From NCBI GenBank assembly GCA_963776275.1, contig CAVZMI010000027.1, positions 17,939 through 81,938 on the forward strand: a stretch of 64,000 bases of DNA, in the 5' to 3' direction. This document shows, in pieces, positions 8,875 to 22,206 of this stretch. Position 1 is the stretch's first letter; every line of letters starts with the position of its first letter. The position numbers and the translations under genes are program-made. The notes under the pieces are model-generated. The model was not told the origin of the DNA. It did no database searches and saw only the letters and a program-made list of their open reading frames with translations. This DNA comes from Ignavibacteriota bacterium. GTDB taxonomy: Bacteria; Bacteroidota; Ignavibacteria; UBA10030; CAVZMI01.

Positions 8875-10837
8875 TTAATATACCCATAACCTTAATCCAA
8901 TTATTCCCCAGCAGCTGGAAAAGATGGCCATTCCAACGCAGGAGAGTGAAACGATTAAAGTATATACGCGAGCGAATGTTTTAACTGGTTTCCAGAAGCT
9001 TCTTATTGCAAGGAACAGGCTATAGATAGAAAGAGCTGCAAATAATATAGTGGCAACAAAAAATTGAATATTACCAAATGTTTTTTGTCCAAAATCAAAT
9101 AATGATTGGTTTGAAACTGCAATAAATCCGTAGAGAAGAACGACGGACCGCAAGCAAAGGAATAATTCTCGCGCGCAGATACTTGGAACGATTTTCTTTT
9201 TTGGTTATCCGTTTGTAAAGATCAATCGGTGCCCATACGATGGCATACGGAATCGTTGAAAGCATGAGAATCCAGGCCAGGAGAAAAATGACAATATAGA
9301 ACCATGGTCTCCAGGCAGCGCTCTTTTCATAATAATCTTCTCCATTGAGATAAGCCCGATGCCCCTCTGGTGTTTGAAAGAAGATTTTACTGGCATCAGG
9401 CTCTAAGGGCGACCGGAACGTTTGTTCTGTTACCGGAATAAGAACGACCTTATCCTCTCCTACAAAATCTTTCTGATACAATGTGTCGTTTAGCATGAAT
9501 ATGTATGTACCATTTAGCATCCGGTCTATCCAGGCGACCAGTTGCTGCCGGGAGTTACGCAATTCATAGTAACCGACATACTTTTGAAGCTGTTCAGCCG
9601 GTATATCCGGCACGATTGGGGAGTGAGGTTTATTATCCCCAATGACATAATCAAGAAGTGAATGCCAAATTTGATTAATACCAAAAATAAAGTCCATATC
9701 GTAGTAGTTTGTAAGAAGAACACAGCCCGTGCCGAGTTCTCGAGAATAAGCGAATGAACCAGCATACCCGATGGTCGCACCGTTATGGCCACACCACTTA
9801 AATCCCTTGTAAAATGTATTTGATATTCCCAATCCATAACCCTTTTTTAATCCAGCCTGTGTCGCCCAATCCGAAGATGGCGTTTCCATTCGTTCTATTA
9901 GTGCTTTGCTGATCAGTTGTTCTTCTTTGATTTTGCCTTTGTTCATTAAGAACTGAACAAAGAGAGTCATGTCGCGGACTGAAGAATTAAGGGCGCCCGC
10001 CGGACGAGCATATACGTATGTAAAAGGACTGGGTTTGTATTTGCCTTCATACCCTTGGGCAAAATGCTGCCGGTTCTTGGGTGTTAAAAAGAAAGTGGAA
10101 GCCGTCATGTTTAATGGCTCAAGAACAGTCTTTCTTATATAGTTTTCAAATTTATCACCCGTTATTTTTTCCAGGATATAACCGGCCACAGCATAACCGG
10201 CGCTGGAATATGAGCGGATTGAACCCGGACGCCAGCGAACCTTTCTGCAATTCGAGCTGATTTTAAGAGCTTCTTTCAAAGGGATTTCCGGATTATCATT
10301 AATATAATAATCATTAAAATGTATATCGTTAAAACCACTTGTATGCTCGAGTAAATGGACAATCCGCACCGGATCCGTTTCTTCCCAAGGATTATCTATA
10401 TCAATCTCAGGAACAATTTCCTTAACCGGTGTTTGCAGATTAATCTTCCCGTCCTCAAGAAGTTTGAGAAAGGCCAGTCCCACAAAGCTTTTTGTAATCG
10501 AACCTGTCCCAAATAGGGTGTTCCCGTTTATCGGTGTTTTTGTTTTCATGTTTGCATAACCAACTCCGCCCTGATAAATAATGGCATCATTTGTAAAGAT
10601 TGCGATACCGGCACCTGGGATTCTATTCTTGATAAGCAGGCTGTCTATGCGGGATATCAATTCTTGGATGGTCTGAGGTTGATCGCATTTTGGAACGCCA
10701 TTTTGCTGTGAATAACAAAATTTTGTACATGCCAATAATGTTATTAGCAAAAGCATAAGACATCTGATATTTACATATAAATTTGTCATTTTTTTGTTAC
10801 TTATCATATTAGTATAAGTTTGAACTTCGTATAACAT
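8875..10837 (-). CDS. Serine hydrolase, beta-lactamase class C/PBP-like, with C-terminal membrane helices (frameshift near 9140)
   Basis: SxxK (GSITK), YSS, LLEHTSG and HNG motifs and a signal-peptide-like N-terminus. The membrane C-terminus continues in ORF 8875-9153. The true start is probably downstream of 10837. Confidence 0.85.
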
Positions 10838-11179
10838 GCAATCAGATTCCGCATATAAAGTGTTCTAAATCTTTTCTATTTAATTGCTTGCTGTTTATCT
10901 GTCTACTCATTCGAGTATGTTATGCGGATCGGTATAACACATAAATGATTTCAAAGATCGTACACCGGATTGCGAACGCCCGCCGGTCCACGGTTGAGGA
11001 CATGGATCGGGAGGACTCTGAATACGAGAATTATAAGCGAGAAGTGTATGAATGATTTTATTACTATATCGTTTTTCGTCTTTGGCAAATATCGCCATAG
11101 AATTCGATAATGTCAAGCTTACTTTCCCGCACCTTTTCGGCTCCTTTCCCTCTTTACCTTTTCCTCTACCTTTAACTAT

Positions 11180-11531
11180 TCACTCCCAAAGATTCCTATC
11201 CAGTGTGCGATACTGAATCGCCTCACTGATATGCTCCGGCCTTATCGAATCCGATCCCGCAAGATCGGCAATAGTCCGTGATACCTTGAGTATCCTATCA
11301 TACGCCTTCGCCGAGAGCCCGAGCTTTGTTATCGCCATCTTCATCAGCTCCTCACCCGCCGAATCGATCGGACAGAATTCACGTATGTCCTTCGAAACCA
11401 TCACCGCGTTCGAAAACATACCGGCACGGTTTGCAAAGCGCTTTAACTGCCGGTCTCTTGCCACTACTACCCGCTTTCTAATTGAAGCTGAGTTCTCGCC
11501 CGATTGCTTCATCGATAATTCTTTATACTTC
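11180..11531 (-). pseudogene. Duplicated 3' end of comM/yifB (copy 2, 352 bp)
   Basis: Colinear with 20290-20641. Protein KYKELSMKQ...LDRNLWE is almost identical to the ComM C-terminus. Confidence 0.95.
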
Positions 11532-11656
11532 CCATAAACCATCTGGCCCCAGCATACACTGTACAGTGCCAGGAATTCCATTACTTCTGCAATACGCCTG
11601 AAACTGAAAAATTTTATCCGTTCATTAATATATTTACAAATTATTTTAGTGAACGA

Positions 11657-13694
11657 TTACGGTCTGATAGAAATCTCTTTGCTCGGAACACTTTCCCGCC
11701 CATTACTCAGCACGGTGATAATTCTATAAAAATAAAGCTGACCGGATTTGATTTTCGCATCCAAACATTCCGTAACGCTATCTTTCACCGTTGCTACCAC
11801 TGTTGCTTTACCCTGATATTGTGTTCGCAGAACCTTAAACGAGCTGACGTTCGGATGCTTCACCGGACCCCAACGTATGAGGACACCTTTATCAGTCCGT
11901 TCAAGACGAATACCGCCGGGTGCAGGCGGAATATCGACAGGAATTTCAATACACTTGATGGAACTTAACGAGCTCTTTCCGCCAAATACATCAATTGAAC
12001 GAACAGCATATTCATAACTTTTCCCCTCTTCAACTGCTATATCATCATAGTAATTTTTCGTAACGTTTAGTATCGAACTGTTCAATTTTTTCCACTCCTG
12101 ACTCTTCGTACCGGGAACGACCCGGCGGAATACATCATAGCCGATTATCGTTGCATCATTCTGACGCATATCTTGCCAGAACAACCGTATAGTTTTTCCG
12201 TCGAGAAGAACATTCAGTTTCACCGGAGTCAACGGAACGGTTGGAATATTCGGGCGGACAAAAATTGTATCCGTGTAAGCCCCAAGCACATGACTCTTAC
12301 TTTCAGCACGGACGCTGTACGCGTAATTTATTTTTCCGGAGAGAACCGTACTTGTGTCAAGATACGATCCCCACATCTCTTTTTCATTCAGAGGAATCAA
12401 GGACGAGATTTGCGTCATCAGCCGATTCCGTCCCATGCCACGAAAAACATAAAAGCCGATGATTTCTTTCTCCGCCGCATTCCACTGCAGCCGAACGCCT
12501 CTGCTTACTCCTTCTCCCCTCAAATCAATGGGCGGAAGCGGAATTGTTGCGCTTCTATAGAGTCCTATCACCTTCATCGACCTGGGCGATTCTTCATCCA
12601 ATAGACCTGTCATTGTCATGTAATAATAATAACGAACCATCGGTTGAACCGATTGATCGATATACTCGGTGTCCTTTGGTGGAACAGTGTAGATCAACCG
12701 GTATCCTTTCTCCCAGTCATTACTCCGGAAAATTTTCAGACTCTTCACAGCGGCCGGTTCATTCAGATGCCACCGTATACGGAGACCGCCGAGAGTATCA
12801 AGGCTTTCCGCTCTCAGCCGATCGGGAAGCTTTATTGAAGAGAACGGCGTTGATGATATAAAAACGGTATCTGATGGATCCTCCAGTATTCCCATAGAAA
12901 TCTTTCGGAATAACGTAATATGCATATATTTGTCTCATTTGAACCGACGTATCACGGATTGTATAGTATGTAGAATCCCGCCGCTGAATTCTGACACGCG
13001 CAGGATAGATATGTTTAAATGAAGCGTATATTCCATCTTTCCGATAAACATCGACACTTGTGGGTTTTTTACCAGCTCCCATGCCCCACCATATTCCAAT
13101 CTGATTGCCTTGAGAATTTTTTTCCACAACACGCAAACGGGGATAGTAAATCACCTGAGGATACGAGACAACCGGCGATATAAAGATAACCTTGATATTC
13201 TTCATGGTATCAATAGTTGATACCCGATATTCATATTGAACACCTTTTTCAGCCGTTGTATCAAGGTAGCTCGTTCCCAATGCTATCCGGATCGGCAGCA
13301 ACGATCCCCACGTTTTGAGTGAATCCATCCTCCTCCATTTTTCCACCTGCTCCCAGATCATTCCTGTCGGCACTTCCTTTATCAACAGCGGTTCCGGAAC
13401 AAGCGGCATTATTTTGCCAAGGCGGCCGATAAATTCGGATAATGAATCCGGTGATGATAGATCGATAATCATGTTCCACGATTTGTCGGATTTTTTCTTC
13501 CTCTCAATCCGATACCCCACAACATTCTGGACTGGATTTGACGTTGAGACGATCTCATTCCCAACATGGATATAAATTCCTCGTGGTCCACCTCCAACAA
13601 CCGCTTTAGGAGGTCGCTGCGCGATCACGATGCCGTAGAGAACGAAAACGGATGCGATGCAGACCATCATTGATATTTTCATTGTTCTGCTCAT
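11657..13694 (-). CDS. Secreted fibronectin type III repeat protein (frameshift near 12880)
   Basis: Signal peptide and repeated FN3 motifs (W...GY.VFR...Y.D...Y.Y.V). ORFs 12798-13694 and 11657-12925 join as ...YGNTG/DPSDTVFISS. Confidence 0.8.
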
Positions 13695-16600
13695 TATTTT
13701 AGAGAAATACTATTATTTCCACCACTATCGAAATGTCCCGTTATTCCAACGCCGATACATCCACCGATTTCATGCTTATCACAGAACTTCCCGTCACATT
13801 CCGAATCACATAAACCCCATCCGCAATATGCATTTCCGCATAACTTTATTGAAGCATCGCCATTAACAGACCAGCTCCCATCGGAAGAAATCGTACCTCC
13901 AAAACCTATGATCACTGTAGCGGATGCCTCGAGTCCGGCACATCCAACTAAAATCGATACGCCAATACCTGCATAGGCTTGGCCAAATATACTCACCCCC
14001 ATCGAGTATGACGTGGAATTCTGGTTGAAATTCATACCCATTGTGAGATCACCGCCGACGGTGACAGACACTTCGCCATGAACGATGAAGAAATCAATAT
14101 CGATATCGGGAATAATTGGCATCTGTATTTCACCCTCGGCAAAGAATCCATTAACCTGTGTGCTGGGGAATGCGTTGGGGAAATTTCCTTCATTTTTATA
14201 AATCCAGGAATACTGACCGAATAAACTCTTCATGTGATCCGTCATCGGATAATTGCCAAAAATCACAGCGGCCTGCCCGCCAAATCCCATAAGGTTCAGG
14301 TTTGCCCCGGCTAAGAAATACCAGCCTCCGTTATCAATCAGCACTTCGCCTCCTCCTGATACAGATGCGCTTCCGGCAAGATTAATTCCCTCACTGAAAT
14401 CAACTGATCCGAAGAGACAGTGCTTGTCAAAATTGTATGCGAGCTTGATATTTCCAAACATCGTAGGAACGTTTTGTACACTTATCTGTTGACCATCGGC
14501 AATAATATCGCCGTAAACCGTAAACTTCAATCGGCCGCTCGCGCCCTTAGTCCCGGTAAGATCGCCTTCAAACCAGAAATTATTCCAATCGCTTCCCGCA
14601 ACCGACATATTTCCCTGGATTGCCGTAAGATTCGAAGAACCATCCGCGGCAATATTCAGCGATTGGTTTGGATCAACCCAAGCCGATGTTGAATCAACCG
14701 TGCGATACAGATGCATCTTAAATGAAAATTTTCCGTTTTCAAAAATATTTCCCGCAGCGGTGAATCCTTTTTCATCTAGTGATTGGTTATGCGCGGAATC
14801 ACCGGGAAGCGAGACTGTTACACCTTTTGCATTAAAAGATGCCTGGATCGGACTGAATGAAAATACGACATTCGCGTTTTGATCTTTGGAGTAATAAATC
14901 GATGTCGTTTGCGCATTCACAAGAGGAACATGCAAATCCATTGTCCCTGGAATTTCCACTCCCTTGGAGCCCCCCACAACAATCTTTACCGGTGTGAATG
15001 TCGCAACATTGTATAATGTAAATGGATTTGTGCTGGTTACAAATCCTGTTTCTCCATCACTCAACACAAACAATGTTGTAATGTTGATATAGTCACCTTG
15101 CTTCATCCCGGGAAGTCCTGTAGAAGAAATACTGGCACAAACCCCACCAGATTGCGGACTCGGAGACACGTCTAATTTCCAATGGCCGAATCCCTGATCG
15201 TAGCATAAATTTACACTACCGGAGATGTTGAGTGTGATAACACCACCGAGAGTGATATTATTAATGTTGTATCCCCAATTATCAGCATTCAACGATGTTG
15301 GATCAATATAAATGTTTGTGAATGGAACATCCACTAAGTTTGTTTTTAATATTCCGCTGTTAAGCGCCAACCCAGGCCCATAACTCGACAGACTCCAATC
15401 GCTGCTCACCAATTGCCATTGTTCAAGATTAATCGAGATTTGACTTGTACCTTTGATGTCCAGGACGCTATCGGGAGTAACAACAACATCCCCGATGTCA
15501 AGATTTAAATCAGAATACGACGGATTGATGTTCTGAATATTAGTGTGAAGATGTGTTTTGAGACGCATATACTCTTGTTTCAAGTACGATTGACTCGAAT
15601 CTGCAACACAATTTGAAAATGAATGCAGCCTATAATGTAATGATCGACCCGATTTATCGCATACTAAAAATCCGTTCGGCACTCCAGCAAGATCGGATTC
15701 TGACGCAACGAGAACTGGGATGGACATTCGTTCTTTTATATTCTGTCCGGCAGTGAGTGCAATCCAAAGACTGTCATTGACAAAACCGATCGCACCCTTG
15801 GTGTTAAATGATGTGGCTGACACGGCCACTTTCCCTTTAAGTATCCCTGATCCGGGATTTTGGGGGGAATCCTGAATTTGAAGTATACCTCCATTGATAT
15901 TGATCACAGCGCCGCTATATGTTTTAAGAATACTTTTACTTTCGAGCTCCAGCTCCTGTATATCCAAAGGGACAGATCCTCCTTCCACAACCGCGAACGG
16001 AACGCCGCTGCTGTTCGTTTTCTTTCCCGCTTTGATTGTAACAGTAGGGAATTTCAACACAGCGGCTGTATCGAATGCAAATTGTTTATTCGATGGAAGA
16101 GACATAAAAAGACCCGAGATAGAAACTATGGTATCACCATAACTATATTTCTCTGTCAAGTGCATAACTTCTATCGGTATTCCCATGAGTCGTGTAATAT
16201 CAATCCTGTTGTATACCTTGAGAAAGAAATTGAGTGATGGAAACGGCTGATTCTTTTGCATGTAGAGAGGATTACCTTGAAAATCAAAAATTTTCATTCC
16301 TGACCTACCGAGGTACACGCGAGCCGAATCGCCAATCAACCCTCCCTTGACTGCATAAAACGTGTGCATTCCAAAGGGGACATTACGTAGAATGAAGGGC
16401 CCCATCCTGAGCTGTGATTGTACTCACTTTATCGATATCGATCGACGAAGCTTGGTCCATGAATACTTTCGCCCCCGGAATCCTTTGTTCACCGACATTA
16501 ACGGTACCCGGTATCCGGCCGGCTTCTGCCAGATAAGCATATTGCAAGTTCCAGTCTTTTGAAACTAAATCTGTAAGCATCAATATCTGCTCTTCGTAAT

Positions 16601-19600
16601 CCCCATCCGCCTGTCGCGAATCCGGATTTGAAAATTATTAGCGTCGCTGCTGTACATACACTCGGCGATACCCATTTCATGTGTGACGAATTTAAGAGAA
16701 TCCGGCAAATTTAGGAATTCAATTTGTGCGCCTATCAACGGATTTGCAGATGCCACCATATCTTTCTTACTTTTTAGCGTTGGGTCATATTTAAAAACCT
16801 GCAATTTAATCCGATGCAATTTCCGGTACACAATCAATGCTCCGACATCCTGTGTATACTGCGGCTGAATCACTATATGTGTATCGGAAACGAAATATTT
16901 ATCAAGCTTTTCAGGTTCTACCAAAAAACGGCGAGAACCTCCTGGCGCAAAAAAATTGAAACTCTCTTTTTCACAACTTACTTGTCCCGAATTTACATCT
17001 ATCCTCACCTGACATGTTGTATGATTCCTGGTACCATTATCAACACTAACATATGCTTCTACCGGATTGCCGACTTCATCAACTACGTACCCGCTTATTC
17101 TTGTCGAAGGATCTAATTTAATTTCATCAATAGTTTGCTTCTGCCCGTTATCGAGACGGAGAAGATCAATCTTATTTAAATAAAATCCCAGGCCACCAGC
17201 CATTAACGTGCGATCGGGACCATTTAGATTAGGAGGAAGATTGTCAAATTTTATTGTTCCGTTATTGTAGATGTTGATTATGTCATTATATATTAAACCA
17301 TCGAGAGTCCCATCACTGTTTAATGCCAATAGATTAACTGGTTCACCATACGGTGCGAGCCCCGGTGCATCACTCCGCCGATAAGTTACCTGAAGGTACG
17401 GCGGTGCAGGAGCAAGATTGTACGTTTCGGCAAAAAGATAATTTGAATAATGATAATCTTCGTTGTAAACAGCCTGTTCATCATTGCAAGTGTATCTACT
17501 GATTTTAATAATAACGTCATAATAATTACATAGTGACTTTGGATTCGACTCCAATAAAAGATAATACTGATCATTCGAATTCGAATAATTAGTTTTGACG
17601 AGGTCGGTAAATATAGCTATTCCATCTGTGAATGTTGTGTCTATGGCGACAATTTGCCAATCTATACCATTAAAATTCTTCGTTTTCTGAATCCCTGAAT
17701 ATCCACCTTCATCTTGTGGAACGTCGGCAGACCGGGAACCAGGATAACGTAAGAGATATGCTATTATATTAGAGATCGGGTTTTTCGTATTGAAATCTTG
17801 CACTGTCACTTGATATTTATATGAACGTACAAAGCAAGTGAAAGTACCAAAATCCTGTAAACCTTGCTTCCCGGTAATTGTGATATTGCCCCCGTTTGGA
17901 TTTCCTGAACCTGGACTGGTATAATATGGGTCATCGATGATAATTCGGGCAACACGATAGAGCGAACCGGTGTATGTTTTCGGAAATTCTCCACCATATC
18001 TAATAATTGAAGCCTCTCCTTCATAACCCATACTATCCACTGAAGCAGGTGAAAGCCCAAGATAATACAATACTTTTCCTGATGCATCCGGTGAGCAGTA
18101 TGCGAGAGTAGTATTCGCATCCGGTTTGTTGATAAAACTGGAAACATCAATCACCCCTCCTTCATTCGGATAAAGAATATATTTGAGAACAAGTCTTGTA
18201 TTAATCCCATTGAGGGGTTTTGTGGATTGCGATTCGGGAAATTGATATACGAGGTGCCCGGTGATACATGTGAATGAATACGCCGGGTTGATTACTGCCC
18301 ATCCCAATGGAATAAGTTTATCATTAGTATTAGGATATTGAACACGATATTCACTGACAAATATCGAATTATCTGTATAACTATAATTCCATGTTGGATT
18401 TGGCTGGCCATCGAATTTCACCGTTATTGGATCATAAAACGCAGTCTGCGATTTCGATTGGATGATAAGAATATACTCATCATTTGATCCGCGGTTTTGT
18501 ACTATCCGGGAAAGATCCATAGAACCACTGAGCGATATTGAATCTTGAATCACCAGCGTTCCTATTCCCTGCAGAGTAGGACGTGGATCAAGTTCAATAT
18601 TTCCTTCATCTTTTGGAATGTCCGGCGGTATTGTTTTTTGGTAGAGAGACACCACCGTCCCTGGCACTGCATATCCATCCGGTTGCAGCGGATCCAGAAT
18701 ATCTAAAGCCAAACGCCATTCCCTCGGCGCCGCTATTAATGTACTATAATCTATATTATCCCCCGGATTAAAGTAAATATTTTTGTCCGGACTTAGATAA
18801 TACGGACTGTTGATAATTACTCGTGCAACTTTGCACAAATCACCATTCAAGTATTGATACATAAACATACCGTTAACTTTCGTGCAGTGTGGTATGCTAT
18901 CGCTTGTAGAAAAGGCAAAAGTAAAATTTCCGTTAGCATCGGTTTGCGTAGTTGTTATAGGAGAAATATCACTTATATTTTCGCTTAATATTACAGGTGG
19001 TCCTCCATTAGCCGGACGATATTCAATTACGTACACCAGTTTGAGCCAGATGAGGTGAAGCGGATGCAGAGTGGTGTTATCAAAGGTCCACCAATGATAT
19101 TTAAGCGTTCCGTGGATACGTGTAATTTTTTGAGCCCCCGCTGCTACTGGTGCTGCTGTATATACAGGTGCAGATGATTTCTTAAATGTGAATATCCTGA
19201 TTTGACTTCTCCCCTCATTCAATGCTGCTGCACGGTCATTTTCATCGATTGCCTGTATTTGCCACGCGTACGTTTTTCCGACTTCAAGCGGGAGTGCTTC
19301 ATTCGGATACATGAACATCGCCGCACCGCTCATAATTTTTTCCAGATGCGGCACATTCGCCGAAAGAGCTCTCTCAGGCATCTGACCCGGCAGTACTTCA
19401 CAGATCCGGAGAGAATACCGGATGATAGTCGGAGCAGAAGAAATAACCGGTGTCCACTGAAACGTTGGAAGCGGAATCGTTAGAGAATCTTTATCCAACG
19501 GCGCAACCAACTCTGGTTGAGCAGGTAATGAAATGCTAAATGTGGCGCAGGATTGCGTGAGCTGATTCCCATTTTGATCGAGGACTGAAATGCATAATGT

Positions 19601-20002
19601 ATAATCATCCTCCGGCAGCCGTCCGGTTTCCCGCACAATCGCAGGTAATTTCCCATGAAATGATGCTTGTTCTAACCTTAACACGTCTGTGTTGTGATAG
19701 ATACGTGTTTGAGGACCGGAAGGCATTTGAGTTGTATTTCCTTTCACGGTCGCGATCGCTCCGAATCGCTTTCCGGTAACAACCCCCTGGAATGAGATCG
19801 TAACCGGCAATTTTCCTAAATAATTCACCGTAAGCATTAAAATTCGAGGATCATCTTGCCACGCGGAAATATACGGCGAAGGGTTCGGTGTGATGTACAG
19901 CGAAGAATTCCATACCGGACTTTGAGCACGGCTGTAGCACACAACCATTAGGAAAATGATGAAATAATACCAACGGAAATAAGAATGCATAAATGTTTTC
20001 AT
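13694..20002 (-). CDS. Giant secreted protein of about 2,100 aa with a TANFOR-like N-terminus, carboxypeptidase-regulatory-like repeats and a Gly-rich beta C-terminus (frameshifts near 16600 and 16400)
   Basis: Signal peptide, then PSPYIS...GRLPEDDYTLC...C...PELVAP...FQWTP...YAWQIQA. Three consecutive ORFs (16580-20002, 16383-16583, 13694-16405) read through as one protein. Confidence 0.7.
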
Positions 20003-20289
20003 GGCGGCTTATGCTATCTCCGTATAATTAGGGGGTGATTTCTAACAATGAATTTTCTTGTTATGCGGGCGCTGATTGAATGTTGAATTCTCTTTTGGCG
20101 TACCCTGCGCTATTCAAACCAGCAACTTTTCTTTACAGACGTGTCAATGAACCCGGGTATCTTTCATTAGATGTTAAGCACAGAAAATGTTTTTTTCTGC
20201 ATGGGTATCGAGTAGGGTATAATCCCGCTGGATTTTACGGACATTCCTTACTAAAAGCAAGTAAACACGAAAAAACCAATATTTGCCGC

Positions 20290-21828
20290 TTATTCCCACA
20301 AATTCCTATCCAGCGTCCTATACTGAATCGCCTCACTGATATGCTCCGGCCTTATCGAATCCGAGCTTGCTAGATCTGCAATAGTCCTCGATACTTTCAA
20401 TATCCTGTCATACGCCCTCGCCGAGAGTCCAAGCTTTGTGATCGCCATCTTCATCAGCTCCTCACCCGCCGAGTCGATCGGACAGAATTCACGTATGTCT
20501 TTCGAAACCATTACCGCGTTCGAAAACATACCGGCACGGTTTGCAAAGCGCTTTAACTGCCGGTCTCTTGCCACTACTACCCGCTTTCTAATTGAAGCCG
20601 AGTTCTCGCCCGATTGCTTCATCGATAATTCTTTATACTTCACCGCAGGAACTTCGATATGAATATCGATCCGATCGAGCAACGGCCCCGAGATTTTCGC
20701 CATGTATTTTTGAATCTTGAACGAACCGCATGTACACTCTTTTGTCGGGTCGGTTGAAAAACCGCAGGGACAGGGATTCATTGCACAGACGAGCATGAAA
20801 CTTGCCGGGAAATCTACCGACATCTTCGAGCGGCTGATGCATACATGTCCGTCCTCGATCGGCTGGCGCAACACTTCGAGCACATTCCTGGCAAACTCCG
20901 GTAACTCATCAAGAAACAGCACACCGTGATGAGCGAGCGATATCTCTCCCGGCCTTGGGATCGATCCGCCGCCGACAAGTGCACTGTCGGATATCGTATG
21001 GTGCGGTGAGCGGAACGGCCGCTCGGTTACCAGCGCCGTATCCGGCGGCAGTAATCCGGCCACAGAATGAATCTTCGTCGTTTCCACAGCTTCTTCGAAC
21101 GTCAGTGGCGGTAAGATCGACGGCAGCCGTTTTGCGAGCATCGTTTTGCCCGAGCCGGGAGGTCCGATCATAATCACATTATGTCCGCCGGCCGCGGCCA
21201 CCTCGAGTGCCCGCTTCACGTTTTCCTGTCCGCGCACATCGCTGAAATCCTGAGCGTATTTCTGATCGACCGAAAATATTTCGTCGATCGAGACCTGAAA
21301 CGGTTTAAGCATCCGATGCTCGCCGTTTAAAAAATCGACCACTTCGAGGAGCGACGACATCGGATAGACTTCAAGTCCCTGAATCATCGCGGCTTCTTTT
21401 GCATTCTCACGCGGTACGATAATCTTCGGTTTTCCGCGGCGGCGGGTTTCCAGTGCAATCGGAAGCGCACCATGCACCGGCCGGAGCGTTCCATCAAGTG
21501 CAAGCTCGCCGAGCATTACAACGTCGGAAAGGATCTCAGCCTCGAGCTGCTGTGTTGCGGCAAGGACTCCGATAGCAATAGGTAGATCGAACGCCGATCC
21601 TTCTTTTTTCAAATCGGCGGGCGCCATATTAACGGTAATTCGGTGATGGGGAAACTGGTAGCCGGAGTTTTTAATTGCGGCGGTCACCCGCTCGCGGCTC
21701 TCTTTGACGGCATTGTCGGGGAGTCCGACGAGAAAGAAATTACGCAGGGCCTTTTCGATGTGAGTTTCGACTTCGATAAGGAATGCATTGATACCGAACG
21801 TGGCACCGCTGAGAGTTTGTGAAAGCAT
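20290..21828 (-). CDS. comM: YifB/ComM family Mg-chelatase-like AAA+ ATPase
   Basis: VGLPDNAVKESRERV, GPPGSGKT, RSPHHT, LFLDELPEF, MNPCPCG and SGPLLDRID. Confidence 0.97.
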   Translation of the reverse strand: MLSQTLSGATFGINAFLIEVETHIEKALRNFFLVGLPDNAVKESRERVTAAIKNSGYQFPHHRITVNMAPADLKKEGSAFDLPIAIGVLAATQQLEAEILSDVVMLGELALDGTLRPVHGALPIALETRRRGKPKIIVPRENAKEAAMIQGLEVYPMSSLLEVVDFLNGEHRMLKPFQVSIDEIFSVDQKYAQDFSDVRGQENVKRALEVAAAGGHNVIMIGPPGSGKTMLAKRLPSILPPLTFEEAVETTKIHSVAGLLPPDTALVTERPFRSPHHTISDSALVGGGSIPRPGEISLAHHGVLFLDELPEFARNVLEVLRQPIEDGHVCISRSKMSVDFPASFMLVCAMNPCPCGFSTDPTKECTCGSFKIQKYMAKISGPLLDRIDIHIEVPAVKYKELSMKQSGENSASIRKRVVVARDRQLKRFANRAGMFSNAVMVSKDIREFCPIDSAGEELMKMAITKLGLSARAYDRILKVSRTIADLASSDSIRPEHISEAIQYRTLDRNLWE

Positions 21829-21870
21829 GGGAGGATTCTCCTTTTAAGGACGATTGATTTATATTATCTT

Positions 21871-22181
21871 ACCCTTTCAGGGTTTCGACGTTTATGTTTA
21901 TTCAGATTCAAGGGCTGCGTCCCTTATTAGTTTATCTCACCCCGTCGGGGTGACGAGATTGCAGATATCTTTTTCTCTCACATCTCTACTATTCAAGGGG
22001 CTGCCCCCCTTGTTGATCTATCTCTCACCCCTTCGGGATTATCATTTAACTTTGTATCATATCCCATAAGGTATACATAACATATATATTGCAGTACCCT
22101 GAAAGGGTCCGATAATTCAACTTGGGATGAAATCCCAATTAATGCACACGACATACATACCCCAGCACCCTGTAAGGGTGC
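21871..22181. repeat. REP/REPIN-like palindrome array (left of transposase)
   Basis: ACCCTTTCAGGGT, TCACCCCGTCGGGGTGA, CAAGGGGCTGCCCCCCTTG, ACCCTGAAAGGGT, TTGGGATGAAATCCCAA and GCACCCTGTAAGGGTGC, in both orientations. Confidence 0.85.
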
Positions 22182-22206
22182 GATAACTCCCTTGGTGTCG
22201 CTCTAG

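Noticed and set aside
8875-10837. Bona fide antibiotic-resistance beta-lactamase
   Set aside because: Family motifs are present, but the long C-terminal membrane extension fits the broad serine hydrolase/peptidase group. Resistance cannot be inferred.
11180-11581. Independent 133-aa gene
   Set aside because: It is the duplicated comM tail with a chance upstream in-frame start. The same applies to ORF 59506-59715 for clpC.
20039-20066. attC site (TCTAAC...GTTATGC)
   Set aside because: Far too short and lacks inner L-box pairing.
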